Positions 1 to 9,056 of a stretch of DNA of 64,000 nucleotides are shown here, piece after piece. The notes below the pieces were generated by a model, which did not search any database, had not been told where the DNA came from, and was given only the letters and a program-made list of their open reading frames with translations. The position numbers and the translations under genes were made by a program. Origin of the DNA: Schizochytrium sp. TIO01 (lineage: Eukaryota > Protista > Bigyra: Labyrinthulomycetes); assembly GCA_004764695.1 (NCBI GenBank), contig SMSO01000014.1, positions 5,818,029-5,882,028 on the forward strand, in the 5' to 3' direction. Positions within the stretch are counted from its first letter, which is position 1; every line of letters starts with the position of its first letter.

Positions 1-502
1 GCATTCATGCTGGACGTTCGAGAAGCGCATAGAGAACCATTCAAGGTAGAGTAGGTGTAGTAGACTTAATATATTCGTATTGTTGCGAAACAGCTGTCTT
101 GAGGGACCCATAGTTCCCACGGGTTATAACTTTATAACTTAACACTCTTGATAATCACTTCACTAAGAAGGCATTTCTGGCATGCCTCTTGCCAAGATTT
201 GTTCCAATCCAGTTTAAACTCCATCTCGGGAATTGAACATTTTCGAATTTTCCAGCCAGATGACTCAGATAACATTTAAACAGACTTCAATACCTACCAG
301 TTTAATTTCCCCCAAGATGATTATAAAGCAACCGTTCAAATGATTGTAAAAGTAGCTGTGTTCAGAGTCTTGAGGTATAACGTCGTTGTTAGTATGCTCT
401 TCTCAGGAGTGGTAGGTGGTAGAATGTAAAAGGTAGAGGCGGGGGAGAAGTAAATTTTAATTTATAGAGAAAAAAAAAAATATGGGGAGAAAAAAATAAT
501 TT

Positions 503-526
503 TGCGGTCTCCGCGGATCGAACGCA

Positions 527-559
<33 letters not shown>

Positions 560-575
560 CCTGAGCTAAGACCGC
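503..575 (-). tRNA. trnF-GAA: tRNA-Phe (GAA)
   Basis: Reverse complement GCGGTCTTAGCTCAGGTGGGAGAGCGTCAGACTGAAGATCTGAAGGTCCTGCGTTCGATCCGCGGAGACCGCA: 73-nt cloverleaf, GCGGTCT/AGACCGC acceptor stem, CTGAAGA anticodon loop, GTTCGATC T-loop, no encoded CCA, T7 run just downstream (Pol III terminator). Confidence 0.97.
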
Positions 576-698
576 ATGTTTAACATTAGATGTTTACAAA
601 AAGAGCAATTGAACATATATACCTACTCTAACAATATGGAATAAGCTATACAAATAAAATCGGTGGAAATATATAACCTCCAAATAGTACTAGTGTCT

Positions 699-805
699 CT
701 TAGATTTTAAACTACAAAATTTGCAAAACTTGCATTTCATAGAAGGAGCTAAGACTCCATCACGGACTAGTTAGACTAACCCGCGACTCAATGAAATGAT
801 TTTTT
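699..805 (-). ncRNA. Predicted Fanzor omegaRNA scaffold (its 5' part may extend into the ORF end)
   Basis: Directly 3' of the Fanzor stop. Hairpin TCGCGGGTTAG-TCTAA-CTAGTCCGTGA (760-786), hairpin GGAGT-CTTA-GCTCC (745-758), enclosing pair CATTTCAT (791-798)/ATGAAATG (733-740). TTGAGTCGC and AATGCA are shared by all four copies. Confidence 0.75.
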
Positions 806-2662
806 TTAAATCATGTCCTTGGATAGGTAGCGTAAAAGGATGCCTCTTGCGGCATGGACATCACGGTCTGCTACATGGTTGCACTTGAGATTAGGGCATT
901 GGAAAACCTTGGATGCCCCGAGTTTATGGTGGAGGGTACCGCACTCATTGCATGTTTTTGAAGTGTAGCTCTCTTGGCAAAGAACAAGCTTGCACCACGG
1001 GAACATCTCAGCCTTATGAATGAGAGCCTGGCGGAACCCAAAATGGGACCAACGACACATCATTCGAACAGACTTCTTGGATATCCGTCGCTCCATCCTC
1101 CTGCTCATCTTAGAGGTTTCGAATTTAGGCAAGAGAATAACACGATAGTTTTCACAAAGCCAAAGCGCGAGCTTGCGGTGAATCTCAGTGATCTTGTTCT
1201 TGATCTTGAGTTGGGCGCGATAGAAGGCGCGCTTCAAGGGGGTGTTGAAATCGTATGCAGTTTTCTTTTTATTTTCTTGAGCTTTATCAATCCTGCTTTG
1301 GATCTTATCAACGCGGCGACAGAGATAGAATATGGTTCTAAAATCTTTCCCTGTGCCCCATTCAATGGCGCGGCCATCAGCATCATACATCGTCTGAAAC
1401 GAGCGAACACCTGGATCTAGAGCAATGACACTGTGGTGCGCCTTGGGTGCCTGGTCCATTGGACGCTTTTCTTCTTCTCGTAAGAAGCAGAAGTACACAT
1501 GCCCAAGGCGATTCATTTGCACACGCATGGCGTTCTTAATCTGACTGGGGAACTTTTCTTTGCGCGTACGAAACTCTTTTAGAAAGCTGGTGGTCTTTGA
1601 TTTCTCCGTATTCCAGATACGTGCGTTCACTTCGAAAATCTGTGATTCATCACGCTTGGTCCGAAACTTATAAAAAGATTGCTCATGAACTTTCTTTTGT
1701 ACAGCGAGTTCTTCGTTTTTGGCTCGTCCAGAGTTAAGAGCCTTGAAGAAATCCAGAATCCCGGAATCACGGATAGCCTGTGGGACCTCGAGAACCCATT
1801 CAGGAGCATCATGCCTTTCTTTAGATCGAACGGCTTTCTTTTCTCCATAGAGGGCACCATACGTTTGGGGATTCCCATCTTCATCTACTAAAACCTGCTT
1901 CGTCTTGGAATCCTTTTTGATGCACGCTTCTTGATGCAATTTGATGGCTTCTTCATCGCCCTTCGCCACGTCTCGGTGAAACGCAACGCCAGTATTGTAG
2001 GCTCTTCTAGTGACACCAAACCATTTAAGCAACTGTGTACGCTGATCTTTAGTAGGGTATACCCTGACCTTTTTGGCACGGACAAGGTCATATTCTTTCT
2101 TGATGGTCTTGCGCGCCTTCGTGCGAGCTCGCTTCTTCCTCGCTGCGTCGTCGCCGTCTATTTTGCGCTGCTCGTTTTCCGTGATGCGATGCCACAAAGA
2201 CGGTGATGATTCCGAGGAGGTCTTTGGTGAAGGTGTCTGCGTCTCCGGCATGTGCATCTTGGCCGTGTACCACGATTTTGACATTTTTTCTTTCGAAAAG
2301 GTGTTCCAGGAGGTCGACTGCGATTCGCGCAAGTCGGTCGCGGTGCATGACCACAACTTGGCCGATTCCGCCGCGGTCACAGGCGTCCAGTAGGGAGCAC
2401 AGGCCTTGGCGTTTGAAATTGACCCCGCTACCGATGTCTTTGTAGACGGCGGAAGCATCTGGGTAGGCGCGCTGGAGATCGCCAACCTGGCGTTCGAGGT
2501 CCTCCTTTTGCTTGGCCGAGGACACTCTGGCGTAGATAACGGTACATCCAGAGCTGCGTTGCTCGCGGCCGGTGGAACCGCAATCAAAGATGCGCTCAAC
2601 ATCGTCGCAGGCGTAGATGCGCTTGCCTCCGGGGAAGCGCGCGCAGCGCACGCGTCCGCCAT
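806..2662 (-). CDS. Fanzor2 (eukaryotic TnpB-like RNA-guided RuvC nuclease); start codon uncertain (ATG 2662 or 2458; the track start at 2746 is GTG)
   Basis: HTH-like KVRVYPTKDQ...WFG...RAYN, RuvC-I IALDPGVRSF, LLPKFET with Pro at the canonical RuvC-II Glu position, alternative Glu in ESYTSKTC, zinc finger CNEC...CPNLKC, RuvC-III DRDVHAARGI. Confidence 0.93.
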   Translation of the reverse strand: MADACAARASPEASASTPATMLSASLIAVPPAASNAALDVPLSTPECPRPSKRRTSNARLAISSAPTQMLPPSTKTSVAGSISNAKACAPYWTPVTAAESAKLWSCTATDLRESQSTSWNTFSKEKMSKSWYTAKMHMPETQTPSPKTSSESSPSLWHRITENEQRKIDGDDAARKKRARTKARKTIKKEYDLVRAKKVRVYPTKDQRTQLLKWFGVTRRAYNTGVAFHRDVAKGDEEAIKLHQEACIKKDSKTKQVLVDEDGNPQTYGALYGEKKAVRSKERHDAPEWVLEVPQAIRDSGILDFFKALNSGRAKNEELAVQKKVHEQSFYKFRTKRDESQIFEVNARIWNTEKSKTTSFLKEFRTRKEKFPSQIKNAMRVQMNRLGHVYFCFLREEEKRPMDQAPKAHHSVIALDPGVRSFQTMYDADGRAIEWGTGKDFRTIFYLCRRVDKIQSRIDKAQENKKKTAYDFNTPLKRAFYRAQLKIKNKITEIHRKLALWLCENYRVILLPKFETSKMSRRMERRISKKSVRMMCRWSHFGFRQALIHKAEMFPWCKLVLCQESYTSKTCNECGTLHHKLGASKVFQCPNLKCNHVADRDVHAARGILLRYLSKDMI

Positions 2663-2786
2663 CGGCCCAGCCCCGAAGGGCGCTTGCTGAGACCCCAAAC
2701 TTCCGGTGAAAGAACTTTGCTGGTTTGTATTCGAGGTTTGTTCCACTTGCAGTGTTTGGAGCTTGGCGGTTCCTTGGCCTCCCCAT
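2088..2786 (-). CDS. tnpA: IS607-family serine recombinase/transposase TnpA
   Basis: N-terminal MerR-like HTH (FGVSASALRGWADGGRV...PGGKRIY), catalytic YARVSS, DLERQ, DIGSGVNFKRQGL, DRLAR, C-terminal DLLGIITVF..HGKR and a basic RRRRR tract. Confidence 0.95.
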   Translation of the reverse strand: MGRPRNRQAPNTASGTNLEYKPAKFFHRKFGVSASALRGWADGGRVRCARFPGGKRIYACDDVERIFDCGSTGREQRSSGCTVIYARVSSAKQKEDLERQVGDLQRAYPDASAVYKDIGSGVNFKRQGLCSLLDACDRGGIGQVVVMHRDRLARIAVDLLEHLFERKNVKIVVHGQDAHAGDADTFTKDLLGIITVFVASHHGKRAAQNRRRRRSEEEASSHEGAQDHQERI

Positions 2787-2889
2787 TTTCTTACCTAACT
2801 ACTCCACTTCTTATTAAAGATCTAACTAAGTATAATATATGATTAATATGAAACAAGCACATCGAAATATAAGTTATCGAAATTTTAAC

Positions 2890-4292
2890 GGTTTTTGTCA
2901 TACTGCTCCAAATAAATGATATAGAAGTCTGCTAAGACATGGAGACTGGGTAAGAAAATGGCACGGCCAAGGAACCACCAAGGTCCAAACGCTACAAGTG
3001 AAGCAAACTTTCAATAGAATCCAGGAGAGTACCTCAACCAGAAGTTTGACGTATCGGTAAGTGCGAGACAAGTGCATGTATGCAAATGACGATGTTGAGT
3101 GCATCTGTCGCTGCAGTTCCGGTGGCCGCGAGCAATGCAGCTCTGACTGTACCAGTATCTCCCCGAGTGTCCTTTGCCAACCAATATAGAATCTCAAACG
3201 CGAGACTTTTGGTCTCCAGCGTGTTGTCGACAAAGACATTGGTAGCGGGGTCAACCTCAAAAGGCCGGGATTGCGTGCCTTACTGGATGCCTGTGACGAA
3301 GTCAGCCAGTTTGTCGACCAAGTTGCGCAAGTCGCCGTTGACATCCACATCTCAAAAGAAAAAGAAGAAGAACTCGTGATACACCACCAAGATGCACATG
3401 CCGGAGACTCTGACACCTTCTTGGCATCGTCACTGTCTTTGTGGTCTCGCATCACGGATAACGAGCAGCGCACAATAGACAGCGCCAACTTAGCGAGGAA
3501 GAAGAGGGCACGTGCGAAGAAAGAGTATAATCTATTTTGTGCTGGGGATATTCGTGTCTATCCAACGAAAGACAGGCCCTTTCAAGTTAAAGAATGGTTT
3601 GACGTTACCAGAAGAGCTTACAACATTGGCGTTGCCTTCATTATGACTTGTCCAAAGGTAAAGACGAAGTGTGGCCCTTCATCAGGATGCATGCATCAGA
3701 AAGTCCTAAAACGAAGGAAGCCCTGAAGACGAAACAGGCAACCCTAAAATGTTCGCTATAACTACAGAGTAAGACGTGCATACATACGCGTTATCCTCAA
3801 TACCAAGAGCAAAACCGAGGTTCGCCACAAACTTGTACTTTGGCTCTATGAATATGACCGTGTTATCCATTTGCCTGAATTTGAAACCTCCCAAATTGTT
3901 AATAAATTAACAGGATGAACTAAAATAAAGAGGTTTCGAATAATGTGACGCTGGGTCACTTTATATTCCGCCAAGCGTTCATTCACAAAGGCGAGCTTTT
4001 CCCCTAGTGTAAGCTTGTTATTTGCCGAAAGGCTTACACTTTCTAAAAACATGCAATGAATCTGGTGCCATCCATGGAAAACCTCGGAATCCAAAGGTTT
4101 CAAATGCCTCAAATGCAAACACATAACCAATAGCGATATCCACGCCGTCGAAGCCATCCTTTTGCGCTACATATACAAAGAAATTATTTTAAAATGTCTT
4201 TGAGTCGCAGTTTAGATTATTAACCTGCAATTGGGCCTTAAGCCCACGTCACCGTAGGAAATGCAGTTTTTATAGGTAAAGACGAAGTGTTC
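2890..4292 (+). mobile_element. Degenerate IS607/Fanzor2 copy 2, inverted head-to-head with copy 1
   Basis: GTAAGAAAATGGCACGGCCAAGGAACC (ATG 2958) matches the tnpA start, with a stop at codon 20. Broken remnants CVPYW, RKKRAR, IRVYPTKD, WFDVTRRAYN, LPEFETS and a zinc-finger/RuvC-III remnant. The central region including RuvC-I is missing. Scaffold at ~4191-4276. Confidence 0.9.
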
Positions 4293-4521
4293 TTGATCCC
4301 TACTTGGGCTCAGAGATGATTCAACGCTTTTAAAAAGGAAGATACTAGAAACTTGAGAACGATCAATAAATTATTAAGGACTATCAGAGCATATCTGAGC
4401 GTACCTGTGAGGATACAGCACAGCAATGGTTGGGCATGACAGATTGAAGGTTTAACTTTGCGATTCTACTACTACTACAACACTGAAATTTGTCTCAAAG
4501 AACATTCCGCTGAAGGTCGTC

Positions 4522-6030
4522 CTAAACCTGTGCAAGATCACGATGTGTTCGGGATCCTGAGTGGTTTGCGGATGGTCCGGCTGAAGAATTTGAAGGTAAA
4601 ACAATGGGTGGAGCATTGTGTACATTACTTGCTTCTTCACCTGTTTGGTCGGGATGTTCTCTGCCCGGGTTGTGGCGAAATGAGGTTGCAAAGCTAGCAA
4701 CCTCGTAATCGTGGTTTGCGGAGTAGTGGGACGGGGCTGATGTCGCAGATGAAGCTGACGATGACGACCTAGAAGTTAGGTTCTGCGCATGAGATGGGAC
4801 AGCTTCAGCTATAATAGGGCTTGTAGTGGACTGAATGGAAGTGAGTTCTGTAGCTCTTTCGTCACTACGCATACCACTAGGGATAGAGGAGCCAGCTCCA
4901 GAAGTAGAGCTGGCATCACCAGCTGCAACAGGAGCTTCTCCCGGAGAGGCATTCTCATAGAATCGAATAATGGGAATTTCTTGCATACACATTGGGCAAT
5001 GCAAAGACCGTTCAAGCCATGCGTCAATGCAGTGGACATGGAAGTAATGTTTGCACTGTAGTACCTTAACTGAGGCGCGGTCGCGGAGTTCGTCTTGGCA
5101 AATCACGCAAAGGTCCGCATCTGCGTCCTCCGCAAAAGGGGACACAACAGCTCCGTTTGCTGCATAGTTAGCTTGGGGTACAGGGAGGGGCGTCGAAGAG
5201 GCTGCGGCAGCAGCTGCAGCTGGTGGGAGAGGTGGGCGGGGATGGGCGCTTGCACTTGGTTCACACAACTCCACACTTGGGGAAAGGGTTGTTGTGGAGG
5301 TAACAGGAAAGGACTCGGGGGGGATACCTTTTTGATACATACGCACAGGAATGCTTTCGATTGTCATTTTTGTGTTGAGGCTCTCCGTTAATGAAGCCGC
5401 AAAATCTGCAGCAGAACGAGACTGATTCTGCTGTTGTTGGATGAATTCAAGGCTGAAGGCATTCCCGCTGAACATGTGAGGGCGTGCATCATCATGGCGC
5501 ACCACGAGATGTTTATGGACAAGCTCTCTCCCATACAACGCACCAATCACCTGAATAAAAGCTAAGAAAGTCTCCATACCTATTGCTGTGATAACCACTA
5601 AATATACGTCTTGTGTGGACTCAGTTTCGCCATGTACTTCTTCGCCATTTCGCACATCAATGACCATTTTTGTTTGCACCAAGACATTCGCAACATAAAG
5701 ACAAAGTGAGGCAAGGCAGCAAAAATAAAAGCACGAGAGTGTGTCCTTATTCATGCGAGCTGCACCAACAAGACCACAATAGGCGACACCAAGCGAGAAT
5801 GGAATTGTGAATGAAGAATCAGAGACGTTCCATACAGTGACAGTCAGCACGAAGCGTACACAGTAGGTAATCAGCATAACAATGCACAATAGCTTAATCC
5901 TCCTGCGCAAAGAATTGCGCCTTGCCAGTCGTTCGGCCCTTGACGTCTGTGCATCCCGCGACTCATCTATCTCCGACCGAATGTTGGACCCAGCGCGGCT
6001 TAAGTTTGGTTCAATTTGCACAAATACCAT
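4522..6030 (-). CDS. Transmembrane RING-H2 E3 ubiquitin ligase
   Basis: About four hydrophobic helices followed by CVICQDE...CKHYFHVHCIDAWL...CPMC (RING-H2). First ATG of the ORF is at 6030. Confidence 0.85.
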   Translation of the reverse strand: MVFVQIEPNLSRAGSNIRSEIDESRDAQTSRAERLARRNSLRRRIKLLCIVMLITYCVRFVLTVTVWNVSDSSFTIPFSLGVAYCGLVGAARMNKDTLSCFYFCCLASLCLYVANVLVQTKMVIDVRNGEEVHGETESTQDVYLVVITAIGMETFLAFIQVIGALYGRELVHKHLVVRHDDARPHMFSGNAFSLEFIQQQQNQSRSAADFAASLTESLNTKMTIESIPVRMYQKGIPPESFPVTSTTTLSPSVELCEPSASAHPRPPLPPAAAAAAASSTPLPVPQANYAANGAVVSPFAEDADADLCVICQDELRDRASVKVLQCKHYFHVHCIDAWLERSLHCPMCMQEIPIIRFYENASPGEAPVAAGDASSTSGAGSSIPSGMRSDERATELTSIQSTTSPIIAEAVPSHAQNLTSRSSSSASSATSAPSHYSANHDYEVASFATSFRHNPGREHPDQTGEEASNVHNAPPIVLPSNSSAGPSANHSGSRTHRDLAQV

Positions 6031-8300
6031 CGTGTGTTCAACGTTGATAAACCTCTTCTGGATTTGCTGACAATTTCCTCTAGCACGTGAGTTAGCACGT
6101 AACTTTTGCACACGATACTCGGGAAACCAGCGATGACTGAAGTTTCTGCAACCAAATGTGTATCCGATATGATATATGTATAATAGACTAAAACAAAACT
6201 CGAGCAAAGAACCTCCTCGAAAAGCACAAAGAACAGATAAACGAGGGCCTAGCTTCACCAGTTGCCTGAGCTTTCTCAGCTATCACAAAAAAGAGAAAAG
6301 GCTTGCGCTTCGACAATCCGGGTCTCAGGATAAAAGCAAACCTTTGTTTCTGTTCAGAGAGTGAAATCTTAGCGCGTACCCAAGAAGCACTTGAGCAGAT
6401 ATGAAAGCCGGCGGCCAAGTAGTCCCGATCTGTGTATTCTCCAGGGTGGAGAGATGACCTTGCTTCGCTAAAGACAGGCCAGTATGCCGTGCCACACGTC
6501 TCCGATGTGTGTGTCTGATCCTTCAAGAGTTAGTCCCGCGCTTGTGACGCCCTGACGGACTCGCTCGCAGCCGGCACTTCTCTCCGAGTGAGTTTGGACT
6601 TTGATTGCTCGCGCCGCAATGTCCAAAAACCCGATGGTGTCTCAAACTTACACTGCATTTAGGACGAAAATGAACTTAATTACAATGGTGAACTATATGA
6701 TCAGGAATAAAATACATCTGTACTTTACACTAGCACTATCATAGTCTTTCTTTTCTTCTCTCTAACGAAATTCTAATAGGTACTACTAATATTTGCATAG
6801 TATATAAGCTCTTTGGTTTTAATTTATTTCTTCCACGTCCGCGCGGGCTTTGCAGAGAGAATTCATTTCCGGGCCTGACTCTCCCCTTCTACAAGTCACT
6901 GTTTCTCACCACTTCAGGTTCGTCGGCAAGCAAAACATTGTTGAATGACTGCTCTGTCTGGAGAATTACGAGTGCTGTGTGGTTGTGACCTTTAGTTATT
7001 GTACATGGCAAATCCCGATGTTCCAGGTAGGCATCAGTGGGTACCATCTTCATAGAAGAAGCTACCTAGTCTTAACCTTTCGGTAGATATTTATGACGAT
7101 GGTGCCAATTGTTTTAGTGCAGCAAAGGTGAACGATTGTAGTTCTCTATCGTCGAGCGACATCTGGGCACTTGTGCTAGAGATCTACAGGGATGCTGGTG
7201 TGTGGAAGGCTTGCCTGGATGAACCCTTTGATGGCGAGATAAGCTGATAGGCTTGATATGCTCGGGTTCTGGGGACAGCTGAAACAACGAACAAGATGTT
7301 ATCAACATAGGCCTATATGAAGTTCTTCAAGAAGAAGACTAAACAATAAAATGTATCTCAAATGCAAAGCAAAGTGAATTGCAGCAAGCAATGTGGAGGT
7401 GATTTTCAGTATTTTTAGAACGTTCGACTCTCCCCCCTTTCAAAAAAAATATCCTCTTCTCCTATTTGTAATATTTCTACACTACAACAGAGTGGATTTG
7501 TAACAGGTCACATTCACGTTGTTGATCACCTTGGGCTCAACTATCAGTCCTATGATTTGTCTTTGCAGAAAGTGAACAATTAAAATAGGAAATGGTCCTA
7601 ATTTCAAAAGACTTCCGGCCTTTGGACTTTGCGGCACGTATGCTGAATGACGAATTTGGTCAGCTACAAGTTGATCATGAGGATGAAGGCAAGAGGCTTG
7701 TGGAAGGGTTGAGAACTTTAAAAGTTAGCGATCTGCTGCTCTTGGGCTTCAAGCCCAAGGTAGGCAGATTCATGTTTAAACTAGAAGACTAAGACAGACT
7801 TGATCTTTCAATTGAAGAGGTTAGCTTAGCTTGCTACTTCAACTATCCATTCAGATTTCACCATACTTTGTTCTGGTCAATGTATATGTACACTTTTACC
7901 TCCCGAGTTTTTTCACTTCACAACCACGTAACTGGATGTCTCGTTATGGCCCTATGTACGTCTTCAGCCTTTGAGGGCTTACAATGGAATGTCAAGAACT
8001 TCAACAATGACTTGTCTATCGATAGCTTGGATTAGAAATCTCAGCAAAACACTGATAAGTTCAAGTCAGGTTTGCCTTGTTGTTTCAGTATCAAAGACTG
8101 CACCTGCCAGGAGCTCCTGGTATATGTTTTGTGGCTTATTTGATAATTTAATTTGGGAAAGGCAGTACAAAATCGACGTTTGAAGAGCAAGTTCTGATGT
8201 TATGTGCTGGGTTTAAATTGTTAGGTTTCGTTGAACATTCTATCAATTGCCACTGGTAGTGTGGCTGATTCTCTTCATCATACAGCGGCGCAATAGAGCT

Positions 8301-9056
8301 TTAGTGTTTAGTTATTGCCTCCATAGATCGTGTATCAGCTGCCCATGCATTGCGAAATCTCGAATGTATTATTTGACCTATATTGCGCACAGCCCTTTCG
8401 TATTTCAGAGTTTTGCCCGGGTATTCCAAAACACAGATTATGCGTCTTAGAGGTTTCCCGTTGTATTCCCTATATATTAGAGATGTCGGTAAAATATGCT
8501 GTATCACCTGGACCTTGTAGGTGGCTGCAAGCTTGTTGAGCTGATCCCATAGGCGTCGCTGTTTGAGAGTGCCAATTCCTTGGTATTCTTCCTCGGTGAA
8601 GTATTTTAAGAATCCTCCACGAGTTGCTGACTTTAAATATCTCAGCAAATGCCTTACTTGGGGGCACTTGTTGTTTTTCAAGTCAATGCGGCGCGACTTT
8701 ATAGTCACAGCATTTTCCTTCGGGGAAATTGACGAACAAAAACTAATTTTTATGTCCAGGAAAGCTTCAAGAAAACGCACATTTCTTGAGCCTTTTCCCC
8801 TGAGATGTTTGGTTTTTTCATTGTTAATGTTGATGGTAATTTGATTCAAGCAATTGCAAGGTAGCATAATGTTAGCTGCATGCTGATATTCTTCGTTCGT
8901 TTCCATATCTTCTTCAATACTTTCTTTCTGACCTTGTTGTGACTGCTGCACTAGGAGTTGTTGATCATGGTCAGACTGATTCCCGTTTTGGGCATCTTTT
9001 TTGCTTCCTTCGTGGCCTTGCTCTTTGCCCTTGGAACCATGTGACATCGGTAGCAT
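8301..9056 (-). CDS. Hypothetical protein (251 aa), unrecognised
   Basis: ATG-initiated ORF with a Q/E/K-rich N-terminus. No motif recognised. Confidence 0.35.
   Translation of the reverse strand: MLPMSHGSKGKEQGHEGSKKDAQNGNQSDHDQQLLVQQSQQGQKESIEEDMETNEEYQHAANIMLPCNCLNQITININNEKTKHLRGKGSRNVRFLEAFLDIKISFCSSISPKENAVTIKSRRIDLKNNKCPQVRHLLRYLKSATRGGFLKYFTEEEYQGIGTLKQRRLWDQLNKLAATYKVQVIQHILPTSLIYREYNGKPLRRIICVLEYPGKTLKYERAVRNIGQIIHSRFRNAWAADTRSMEAITKH

Larger units (their letters stand above)
695..2860 (-). mobile_element. IS607-like Fanzor2 transposon, apparently intact (copy 1)
   Basis: Intact serine-recombinase ORF overlapping an intact TnpB/Fanzor ORF. The non-coding ends are similar to three other copies in the window. 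Boundaries are approximate and come from by-eye comparison. Confidence 0.92.

Noticed and set aside
1191-2384. Idea that the deletion shared by copies 3 and 4 is a spliced-out intron (retrocopy)
   Set aside because: The deleted segment begins GCCTGT and ends AAGAT. The nearest GC-AG splice would leave 2 extra nt, which the observed junction lacks.
695-2860. Terminal inverted repeats or target-site duplications for the elements
   Set aside because: None found by eye, which is consistent with IS607 biology. Exact ends remain approximate.
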